Assembly: GCA_918797485.1 (NCBI GenBank)
Contig: CAKKNE010000003.1
Location: forward strand, 3,162,001 to 3,226,000
DNA from: Pelagomonas calceolata
Lineage: Eukaryota
Direction: 5' to 3'
Length of the DNA: 64,000 nucleotides
Positions 46,128 through 56,828 of the stretch are shown here, piece after piece (position 1 is the stretch's first letter; every line of letters starts with the position of its first letter). The translations under genes were made by a program, and so were the position numbers. The notes below the pieces were generated by a model. That model was given only the letters and a program-made list of their open reading frames with translations, searched no databases and was not told where the DNA came from.

Positions 46128-46856
46128 CTAGGAATCGGAACAACAACGAACGAACCCACCGGGACATCTGCACAGGCCTGCCCAAGAGCGCAAGACGTGG
46201 AGCGCGAGGTTCCGACAGGCCCGACGCCGGGCGACCACCATCATCTCGCGTCTCGCCCACCGTGCGCGCGCGTCAGTCTCCCAAGCGCGGAGTGCGACGG
46301 GGACGAGTTTCCAGGAACGCGTCGCGCATTGGTGCCGCGCAAAGGCGTCCGCTCGCGCGGTTTTGCATCGCGCCGCGCGCCGGCAGCGCGCGGCGCCGGC
46401 CCAGCGCTCTAGGTGCCGCGTGTGCGCCAGGAACGCAGCCGCCGCCGCCGCCATCGCCATCGCTTCGCCTACCCCGGAGCGCGCGACGGCCCGGGCGCGC
46501 CACGCCCCGATCGCGCGCGCGCTCAGGCGGCGGGCGCGGGCGGCGTCCGCGCGCGACGCCGCCCCCGCGCTTGCGCGGCGCGCGACGGCCCGGGCGCGCC
46601 ACGCCCCGATCGCGCGCGCGCTCAGGCGGCGGGCGCGGGCGGCGTCCGCGCGCGACGCCGCCCCCGCGCTTGCGCGGCGCGCGAGTCCGGGCAGGAGTCG
46701 GCTCCGCGCGCCCCAGACGACCAGCGCCTGTCGCGCGCCCTGGGCCGCCGCGTGAGCCGCCGCCCGCGCAACCGTGGCCGTTTCGTGCCGGCGGGCTGCC
46801 CGCTTGTAGCACGCGAACGCCGCCCAGGCGTGAAGGTGGCGACGACAAAAAGACAT
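46128..46856 (-). CDS. Sfi1-like (centrin-binding) repeat protein or fragment
   Basis: A-x7-L-x4-I-x2-W repeats (ADAARARRLSARAIGAW) at 33-aa period; exact 99-bp duplication at 46479/46578. Confidence 0.6.
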   Translation of the reverse strand: MSFCRRHLHAWAAFACYKRAARRHETATVARAAAHAAAQGARQALVVWGARSRLLPGLARRASAGAASRADAARARRLSARAIGAWRARAVARRASAGAASRADAARARRLSARAIGAWRARAVARSGVGEAMAMAAAAAAFLAHTRHLERWAGAARCRRAARCKTARADAFARHQCATRSWKLVPVALRAWETDARARWARREMMVVARRRACRNLALHVLRSWAGLCRCPGGFVRCCSDS

Positions 46857-47717
46857 TGCGTAGGGAGGTGGCTGCTACTGTCCGAGTTTTTCTCTCTTCA
46901 ATCACCACCTCTCGTGCTGATAGGTTGTTGGGAAGCAACCTCCTTCACGACAGCCGCTCAATGTGCAACGCCTTCAACGGGGATAGCTATAGCACACGTT
47001 TTTATATAATGGCGGCGGTGTATTTTTTGCGCGGCTAGCGGCGTAAGACACTAGCAAGCATACCATAATAACCATACAAAGCCGCACTTTATTAAGCGGT
47101 ACAACAAGCTGGGGTACCAAAGTTTATTAGTAGCGCGTTGCAAGACCAATGTACAGATCATAGCTACCTGGGTTTTGAAGGGGGGCTACCGCAGTAGAGG
47201 TAGGGTAAGAGCTTGGAGGGGGGGGGGTGGGGGATGCGCCTTTGCCAGTTAAATATTATAGATCAACTAAAATAAAATTGAATCTAAATTGCATTGTTGA
47301 AAAATAGGCACAATGCGCCTAGGGAGGGGTGTAAGGGACTCGGAACTGCGAGACTCGGAGCTGCGCCGACGTGAACGAGTTCGTCGCCACGGTCATCGGC
47401 GAAGTGAACGCGGCGCTGAAGAAGAAGGGATGGAAGAAGCGCGGCCGCGCCCCCTCGATTGAAGCAATCGTCGAGAAGACGACGGAACTGCTGCGCGTGG
47501 CGACCGACAAGGAGCTCGCGGCGGCCTACGGCGACGACGGCAAAAAGTACAAGAGGGGGGAGGGGGCTGGACCACACTGGCGATTTTTCGCGTACTGACC
47601 GGCGTTCAAGAGCATTGTGTCTTGATCGCGCATTTCCAAGATCCATGACGCGTCAACCACCATCTTACGTGGATCTGGGACACCTTCCCAGACGCGCGGG
47701 AGGTCCTGAAGGACGCC

Positions 47718-47781
47718 GTCCTGACCAGTGTGGAAATCAACCATTGAGGGAACCTCGCGGTCACGGCTTGATTTCACACAG
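47718..47781 (+). mobile_element. Short introner-type element in a degraded orphan ORF (about 47371-47843)
   Basis: GT donor, 8 nt, then CAGTGTGGAAATCAA...TTGATTTCACACAG; splicing is in frame (EVLKDA/VKRAYISL). Confidence 0.75.
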
Positions 47782-48198
47782 GTCAAGCGGGCCTACATCT
47801 CTCTGGCGGAGATGAACTCGGTGGCGGCGGTGGCGGCGTGCTGATTGCTCGGCCGTCGTCGGGGCAGATGGGATTGATAAAACAGTAGACTTATCTTCTC
47901 ACACTGCGCGGTGCTCGGACCATACTGTAAACTTGCTTGTTAACATAAAACACATAGCACCACTGGGCGAGCGTCCCTTTCGGCGCATCTCGTCCAGCAG
48001 GCGAAGATGCTTTTCGGCGGACGCGATCGCGCGACGGCCATCCCAGACCCGCACACAGCCGGGATACCTATGCCATGCTGCCGATCGTGCACTGGGGCGC
48101 GGACCAGGGGCGGCGTATTCGAATTTAAAGACGAGCTCTTCGCCGACCCACGACTGCGTCGGTTGGTCGCGCAACCTGGTGGTCTTCTGTTTACCGGC

Positions 48199-50214
48199 TC
48201 AGAAGGATCGGATGTCCGTTGTCTCCGTTGCTCTGGTCGATTTCAAAACGTAGTACTCCTCGCTCATTTTTCGTTTTTGCGCCGCCCGCCGGCGGCGATC
48301 CCGCGCATCGCGCTCCTCCTCACGCATACGGGCTCTGCGTGCCGCCTCTTCTTCGGCCAAAGCCGCCGCCTCTTCTTCGCGCCGTCTGCGGAGGAGCCAG
48401 TCCCGCATCTGCTCGTGCTTTCGCATCCGCGACCGCGCGGCCTCGAGCTGACGCCGGAGGCGGTTCTCGCGCGTGCCCGTTGAGTCCGGTGAGACCGCCG
48501 GTGGTTCGCAGACGCGCTCACTGCTGCGGTCACTGACCAGCCGGGCCTCGACCTCCCGTCCGTCGCCGCGCGCGGCGCCACGCTCGCCGCCATTGACGCC
48601 GCCGCCGCCGCGCGGCTCCCGTCCGGGGCGCCCGCCGTCGCGGCGCGTGGCGCCGCGCTCGCCGGCGCCGACGCCGACACCGCCGCCGCCGACGACGTTG
48701 TATTGTCGCTGCGCTGGATCCTCGTCAAGTCCTGTCATAGCGAGCGGCTCCGCACGGATTATGGGCTCCAGCGCGGCCGCCATGCGCGCGCGCATTTCCT
48801 CCTCCTCGATTTCAAACCCAAAGAATCGCGACGTCGTTGCGCGGACGTCCGCGAGAGCCGCCTCCTGTAATCGAATCCGACCTAGCGCCGCCGCGAGGCG
48901 GTGGTCCGGGTCCCGGCCATCGGCCAGCTCGTCGCCCCTGCCCTGCCCCTCGAGTCGCGCTCTCAGAGAAGCGACTTCAGCCTTGAGTCGGGCAATCGTG
49001 ACAGACGGATCTGTTTCTTCATTAAGAACAGCATCGTTCTTGACCAGCGCGACGCGCTGCGCGAAGCGACATGTGCTGATCGATTCTTCCGTTTGGGCCT
49101 TCTCGGCGGAGCAGGTCGCGACCATGACGGTGCGGCAATTACCTCCCAGAGAGTCGCGGAGCACGGATGTCATCATCGAGTTTCTATAAGGAATGTGGTC
49201 CCGCGCATTCTCATTTCTTTCGTTCAAGGCAACAATCACCATCTCCAAATAAAACAATGAGGTGTTTATATATTTTGCTTCGTTTAGGGTGATCCCATCG
49301 CTTTTAGTTTTATGTACTCGCTCGGATCCCGCTAGGTCCACCAAGTGCAATTTTGATCTACGGACTTTGTCGGAACCGCCGGCCCCTCTGCATTCCAGGA
49401 AGACCGTGAATAAACAATGGGAGCGAGAAGACGCTTGGTTCATCGCCGTTTCGCTGATGGCCCGGTTCGTGTCTCCTAGAAACAGCAAGTTGAGGGCCTC
49501 CTCCTCGGAGGTGGCGCGGTGCATGGACAGGTTCCTCAAATGAAAATTGCCGTGCCTGCGCGCATCACGCGGTCGCGTCTCGCTGTCACAACGACGAAAT
49601 CACTCTCTCGCTGTCGTGTCGACGGCGTCACGGTGGCCTCGTCGTCCCGTCGACGCCCTCGACGCGTCTTAGAGTTCGGAAACGGAAAGAAACCGCGCCG
49701 CATCGCGCTCGTCCTCCATCATGCGAACTCGAGGGAGGTCCTGGAGCGCCTTCACTCCTGAAGATTCGTTCAATAAGTCAAAACCCTGCTCGTTGTAGAT
49801 CTCCATGTAGCTGATGTGCGCGGACCAGGAGCAGTCCGACCTTGATCGGAACTCCTGGAAGATCATACTGAGAGCTCGGGGAATGATCCCGCGATCTTCA
49901 TACCTCTCCGAACCACCAGTAATCGTGAATGTTTTTCCACTTCCAGTTTGGCCGTAGGCAAAGACGGTGCTATTATAGCCGTCTAAAGCATTTTGTACCA
50001 CGCGCTTGCCCACGCGCTCGAACACTTGGGCTTGCGTGATGTCCATCGGTAATACTTGATCGAACTTGAAAGCCCGCTGGGAGTCCCTACCGGCAGCCTT
50101 GGCTGCGACGTCCCGAATCATCAACGACCGGCCGTCCGCGCCGACGTCATAGTCTTCACTAGGTTGTGTTGTGGGGCGCATGCGCAGGTAGACCGTGATC
50201 CCTTCGGTCATCAT
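48199..50214 (-). CDS. KIF6: Kinesin-9 family motor (KIF6-like); GC-AG intron 49556-49708
   Basis: AYGQTGSGKTFTITGG, NLLFLGDTNRAISET.MNQASSRSH, LVDLAGSER, HIPYRNSMMTSVLRDSLGGNC. Confidence 0.85.
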
Positions 50215-50299
50215 CTTCTTTGCGGGGGGTGCTGCAGGCGCGTGCTTTTGTTTTTGCGCTCCCGTGCGGTTCCTTCGGTTCCGTTGGTTCAAGCTGGTA

Positions 50300-50374
50300 C
50301 TGGTACCATGGTACCTACTGCGGTACCTACGGTACCGTAGGTACCGTAGGTACTTAAGTACCTACGTACCGTAG
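50300..50374. repeat. TA-centred palindromic low-complexity array (TACCGTAGGTAC family)
   Basis: 26-bp perfect palindrome at 50321-50346; similar arrays at about 14959, 50600-50660 and 52705-52737. Confidence 0.85.
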
Positions 50375-51052
50375 CAGAGAGAGAGAAACCTACTAGCCCA
50401 TCCTACCCTAGATATGTATCTCCCACTCTCTAAATTTGAGTCTATCATATGATGATACATCGAGTGTCTATTGCACTACGGTGTAACAACAATTTGCTAT
50501 AAAACACTCAGGCTCTCGCCGAGTCGTAGTTAGGTTGGCCCAGCCTTGGCTGGTGAGCTAGGACCCTGCTACCTTACATAACGCTGCGACATACTCTTGC
50601 TACGTAGGTACCGTAGGTACGGTACCGTAGGTACCTGGCGGTACCGGCGTACCTACGGTATTCACTAAACCTACTTTATCCGGGTATTCAAGATATAGTT
50701 CCGGGGATAACCCCACACCTTCAGGGGAATTACCAAACGCCCCTTTGGCAGTGCCTGAACAAACTCAGGAACAATTTATCCCGACCGACCGCGGGTTCAA
50801 GTTGACATGTGGCGATGGACAACTGGTGGACTTCTGGGGGTGCGTCGCGGTGCGCGTGGGTCAGGCGCTTCTCTACCGGCGATTTGGAGATCTATTCGCG
50901 GTCGCGCGCCGATTTAGAGCCTCGCGCAGAGCAGCAGCTTGTGGGCGCTTGCAGACCGCCGAGACGGGTGCTATTTACAAGTTCACGAAAGGAATACAAG
51001 TTCATGGGGCTATTTACCTCAGTGTTTATTTGTCCTAGGTCTTGTCAACTTC

Positions 51053-52590
51053 TCAGCCGGGCCGCACGAGTGTTTGCGTGCGATCGGCCTCGACCGCTTC
51101 CTCGTGAGTCTTTTTGGTGTTCATGGGGCGCAGGACTTTGAAGGAGCAGCACAGACCTGTGTCGACGCACATCATCCCACCGGCATTGTCGAACTCGCCG
51201 CAGTAGTTCGGCGCCGAGAATATGGTTACAAGTCCACGGGCTGCCTGGAACTCGTACCCGTCCTCGACCACCTGATGCGCTCGGCAGACGATGTCCAGGT
51301 CATGCTGTTTCAGGAAGTCACGGATGACCTCGTGCCCGAACGTATAACTAACTCCCCGCGTGTTGTAGCCTGTAAGGAAATCAAAGTTCAGGTGGCTTCG
51401 AATCAGATGAACACCCACCCCATCAACCCGACGCCTTATCTGAGAACTCCACTACCCTCCCGGTCGCCGGCAAGGTTACCTCAGTCGCGCTACGACACAA
51501 TTCTCGGGACCTAGTTTACTGGTTGATTTCCCACACAGGTTGTAGCCCCATCCCATGATCGCGGGGTCCGGATCCGACCAGAGGAGGTCGCAGAGCAGCC
51601 CGTCCTCAGGGACCTCGGTCGGCCGCTCTATTTTGGCGATCTGGTCGAGCGACGCGAGTTCGGGGCTGAGGCCACCGTGCATGGCCAGGATCTTGTCGGC
51701 GACTATGGCTGCCACCTGCGTAAACGAAGCTGTCGCGGCGCTCTCCCCACCGTGAATCTCCGACGAACACGCCGCGTCGACGGCGGAGGTTGACGCCCTC
51801 GGTGCGACGCACGGCCCCAAGGTGAAGACACACGAACTTCAGGTGCTCAGAGTCACCGACCGGCATGCAATTAAAACAGTCACCAAAGACGCGCCAGAGT
51901 TTGATCGAGTAGCGGCGCTTGCACTCATCGTAGAACCCGTAGATCCTGTTCAGGGCCGAGCACTCGTGGTTGCCGCGCAGAAGGAAAAAGGTTTCCGGGT
52001 ACTTGATCTTGTAGCACAGCAGAAGCGCAATTGTTTCGATCGACTGTTTTGCCCGGTCCACGTAGTCACCCAGAAAAACGTAGTTCGCCGCTGGGGGGAA
52101 GCCACCAACCTGTGTGCAAATTAACCAGTGAGCCGTGTGCTCGGCGACGATCGTACTGGCTTAGTCGAGCGGTGGGGGGGCCTGGCGTTGACCGCCGCGC
52201 CATCGAGCAGACTCGCGTTTGCGTGGAGATCGACGCGATGAGTGAGCACGCCGTGGACCGATGTACGGCAGTAGAGACACTCTCGACAAGCGCATATACC
52301 GTCGACGAAGGCACCGTTTCAATTCGCGCACCGTTCCCAACCTCGAAGAGCCGCAGCAGGTCGTGGTACTGGCCGTGGGTATCGCCGCATATGTTCAGCG
52401 GCGCATGTAGCTCGAGCAGCATCGGTTGCTCGAGGAAAACTCCACGGCTCGTTCGTGCAAGCCATAGGACGTCCTCCTCTGCGAGGTGCACCTCGGTCCC
52501 CGGACGGTCATCTTTGACGGCCACGAGCTGCCGAATGCATGCGTCGAGCCGCTTTAGAGTATTATCGTCTCGTAGGCCAGGTGTGCACAT
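51053..52590 (-). CDS. PPP1C: Ser/Thr protein phosphatase 1 catalytic subunit (introns 52110-52341, 51716-51860, 51370-51546)
   Basis: [55 protein letters not shown]. Confidence 0.95.
51370..51546 (-). mobile_element. Introner-type intron with perfect 8-bp TSD and GC donor
   Basis: GCTACAAC on both sides; ends CTGTGTGGGAAATC...GATTTCCTTACAG. Confidence 0.92.
52110..52341 (-). mobile_element. Introner-type intron
   Basis: GTTGGGAA / GTTGGTGG; ends CGGTGCGCGAATT...AATTTGCACACAG. Confidence 0.8.
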
Positions 52591-53562
52591 TAGGCGCGAA
52601 ATCGTCTCCGCTTGTTCGCCCCCCTCAGGGTCTTGCCTTGCCACAGCGTGCGGCAGCGCAGTGTCTGTACCACCCGGATCTGCGATGCAGCCCTTAGGCC
52701 GTGCCTATACGTACCAGGCCGTAGGTACCGTAGGTATCCTGAGATACATGTTATCGTCTCTCCGTTTACAGCGATTGTGTTATGATCCTGTAGTTACCTT
52801 TATCTAGAGCGAGCTCCTCTCGGGTTCTAGTAGGTATCAAAGGCTAGTGGCCTGTATCCTAGGATACTTCCTTCTCCCTCAGGCTCAGGCTCTTCAAGTT
52901 ACTAATCTCCCGGGCCTTTATTCCAACTCTGCCACAGTGTCTTATCCGAGTCCGACTCGGAGTCGGGGTTGAGGGGGTTCCCACACTCTCACGTTTCAGT
53001 GAGAGTCCTTCCTGTTGGTATCTCCGTGTCCGAGTCACATTGACACCCGAGAGACCTAGCTACAACAGCTGCATTGTGCACTTGCTGCCAGTGCACCCAG
53101 CTCATCAGTGAATTTCGCCCGGGCCGGGCGCAAAGTGACTCCCCGTGTAATACTAGCACTATGAGTGAATGGGGTGTAAACCTTCATCATCATGATTACG
53201 TCAAGGTGGGACTATGTAGGAGAGTAAGAGGGGCCTAGTGTAGCACCAGGGGGTATATTCTTCGCAGTCCATGTTGATGGTCACGGTCGATTAGTAGTAA
53301 TATTTCGAGATCCACTTCAAGTTTTGGGACTCGGATAGGTCACTGGCTCATGAAGCTTATCATATGTCATTTGAAGCTTCACAATTTTGAGCTGCGGTGC
53401 AGGCCCTGTCTCTGACTGGAGAGCTAGGACCCTGCTACTTTACATACAAGCTCGTAACGCTGCGACATACCAGTACTCTTGCTATATACACGGTATCATA
53501 TGTCAATAGCCAGCGAGCGGAGCAGCTGTGCCTTGTAACAGAGTCGAATTACACACCTAAAT

Positions 53563-55694
53563 ATGTATGGCGATGCATCGCGATTAGCGCGCGCGCAGCA
53601 GAGGCGAAAGGCGGGGGTCAAGCATGTGCCTGCTGAGGTCAAGTGGGAACGTGTACCACGCCGTAGCTTCTCTGGCACATTTGATAACTTAATGTTGACT
53701 TTGAAAGTAGTACCTGGAGCTGATGGCCTCAATGCTGTCGTTGTGGGCTGGAAAACACCAATAGATGACCATGACGCGGCCGCTGGATCTTGTGAGAAGC
53801 AGATGCTCGAAGTTGATTGCCTTAGAAAGGAATTTGTTGCAAAGAATCGGACATTCAAGAACTGGGAGACTGCGTGGCTACTGATGAATGACAGACCAGA
53901 AGAGTTGGAAGAATATCTAGAGCTGCGACCCAAAATTGCAAACTTTCGGGAACGCGTCGCATTGATGAAAAAAACCGAAGAGAAAGTTGAAGCAGAGCAG
54001 CAGTGGCGAAGATATCATGAGCTCAAGCTGCGCTGCGAGCGTCTTCTCGAGGCCCGCGAAGTGCTGAGAGATGTAAAAAGAATCAAAGATTGTTCATTTC
54101 AAGACATGAAGCAAGCTGATCAGCACTTAGAAAAGTTGTTCGAGCTAGAACGTGAAACAGCAGAAAGAATCAGTGAGGACCACGTCCTTGCAGATCAGCA
54201 AGGCTGTAGCATATCAGAATTGTTTCCTGCTGTGCAAGCCGGTATGATTATTACAGAAGTTAATGGTATCATGACTGAGAATCTACCATGGGTTGAGGTT
54301 CATCAGCTTATCCAAGATGCTCACCATCCACATATGCTTCAATTTCGACGTTATGACTTCAGACTTAACTCGGTCTCCAGTAAATGGGAAACGCTCCAGG
54401 CAGTCAGAGAACGTGCGCAGTACATCGGAGATCCAAGGGTTGGTCGTGAACTGTTCTTACAAGCCTGCCGTGCAGGGACAGAGGATGTAGTTGCCCAATA
54501 CCTCAGAGAAGGTCAGGAAGTAGATGCCCGGGACACAACACAGTGTACTGGATTACATTACTCTGCTTCAAATAGTCATCTTGGTGTTATCAAGATCCTC
54601 ATTGAAGCCAAAGCCACACTCGAAGTGCGTGATGCCAACTGGGAAACACCCCTAGTCACTACTTGTCGTCGTGGGGAATGTGAGGGTGCAACCATGCTTA
54701 TTGCGAATGGTGCTAGGTGTGATGTTCGAGATAGAGCTGGTCGTTCAGCTTTTATCCATGGCATCCTTAGTGGGTCAGTTGCTATGGTCGTTCTACTGTT
54801 ACAATTAATTGATGAAGACACCATGCGATGGCAGCCGGATAAAATCTGGAAGTGGACGCCATTGCACTATGCTGTCTCAGCTAAACTTCCGTCTATTGTT
54901 GATGTTCTTCTCAAACATCATGCATCACCCTATGCCCTGAGCGCCGACGGGAAGACTCCTATTGTTCTTGCACAGGGCGAGCTGCACGAGGTACAGACTT
55001 TGATTCAACAATTCATTTCAAACGAACCAGCACAGTGTGTTTTACCCGGTGGGCTTGATCGCGGTGCGTTGTGGCTTGGCTCAAGAGAAGCCGCATATCC
55101 GCAATTTGCAACAGACCGAGGCTTTACATCTGTTCTATCTATTTTTGATCGAGGTTTGGTTCTCCGTCTGTTGGAACAAAATCATCCTTTAAACTACAGG
55201 TCAAAAGGACCCAAAGATTCGCTGGCTATCGGACCCTGGGGAGAACAAAGCCATTGTACAATGTGAGATCATGATAAACATGCCAGAGACTACGGAGGAT
55301 GCAGCAGCATGGTACACTCTTACTGGATTACTAAAAACGTGTACAGAATTTATTCACAAAGCTATCGAGTCAAGTCCCATCATTATCTCATCCCCAGCCT
55401 CAATACAGTCCACCTTAACATCACCTCACTCGTAGGCGCAAGGAGACTTTATTAGTGCACTGTGACCTTGGAATTCACACATCGTTCTGCATTGTCCTTG
55501 CTTATATGATGACCAAGCGACGACTGAGACTACGAGAATCAGTTCTGCATCTACAAAAAATCAGACGACAGCTTAAGCTAGGCCGACACACAAGACTTGG
55601 CCTGGAAGCCATGGAACGCTCCTTGGATTCGCGCAAGCTTCGTCGCCTTGACGGTCGGCTGCGAAAAGCTCCCATCTTGGCCATAAAAATTTGA
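53563..55694 (+). CDS. PDZ-like + ankyrin repeat + dual-specificity-phosphatase-like protein (two short introns near 55154-55199 and 55375-55435)
   Basis: AGMIITEVNG; TGLHYSA, TPLHYA ankyrins; LWLGS and VHCDLGIHTS..VLAYMM DSP-fold motifs. Confidence 0.75.
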
Positions 55695-56151
55695 TATGAC
55701 GAGAATCATTCACCAGCTCGTCACTACAGCGCCAGCACGGCATAATACCAGGGACAACAGAGGGTGACGACCCAGGATCGATGCTTTGCGGGCTGTGTAG
55801 CTCTAGTACTCTGCTCACCACGAATATGATGTTTTGTCGTGTGGCCCACGCCGGGCCTACTTTAGTTGTACTAGTTCCCCCTAGGCCTCCTTGGCCGCTA
55901 AGTTCGGGCGAACTCTCTGCGCGTGGGGCAGCCGCGCAGCGATCGCCATAATTGCAATGGAAATACACGTCTAGTAGGATCCCAAGGTTCAACTGAGACG
56001 TATCCAAGCACAACCCGTACTTGTATTACCCGTCTAGGCTACTTCCCATCCTAGGGTGCTCCGATATCCCCTTAGTAGGGGGAAGTCGCCTCTCACTCCT
56101 AACTATTATCATCCTGAGTCACTTTTATTGACGGACGCAATTCCCCGTCAC

Positions 56152-56248
56152 AAACCCCATCAAACATGGGAGAAACTATTTCGTTAGACGACTACACTAC
56201 GCTGCCGGGGAAGTCCGGAGCTACACACTCTATTTCCCTATGCATCGC
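56152..56248 (+). repeat. ~100-bp dispersed repeat; copies at 61105-61200 (near identical) and 61636-61776 (with insertions)
   Basis: AACCCCATCAAACATGGGAGAAACTATTTCGTTAGA...TGCATCGC seen three times. Confidence 0.92.
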
Positions 56249-56828
56249 AGGTTATGGGCCCACGCTCTGCGTGGTGTCTAACGGAACTGTCCAGAGGCAT
56301 TGAACAACCCTCCGGACGTTTTAAAACCTAACCTAAATCATTATAAAACATCACTAAACGTTATTCAATTAACAAACTCCACAAATTAATATATTAAACA
56401 CGAAACTCAGAAGGCTCGCAATCTCGAAACTAACATAAGATGGCGGACCCTCCCGGGCGGCCTTAGTCTACTCTGCAGCCAAATGTGCTCGTCAGGTAAG
56501 CCCAAACAGCGTCTCCTCGTCGCGTGTTTCGCGCACTAAGCTCACGACACGCGACACGCAGAAGCTTGGCGGGGTAAATAATTCAAGTTTAGCAAAACCC
56601 GTCACTTGGTGGTCCAAAAACCGGGCCGAAACAGGCAAATCTTGGTAGAATATGGTCCCGCGAGACCCCAAACTGTGTCCTTGGTGGCCTGGGGGGTTCA
56701 AGTTCATGAGGCGAATGTTCCCTCCGCACGGTTACCACTGGCAGTACTAATTCCCGGCCTCAGCCTTGACCCAAAACCAAAGGTAGTCTGACCCAAAACC
56801 AAAACTTACTTTTTGGACACTTGAATAT

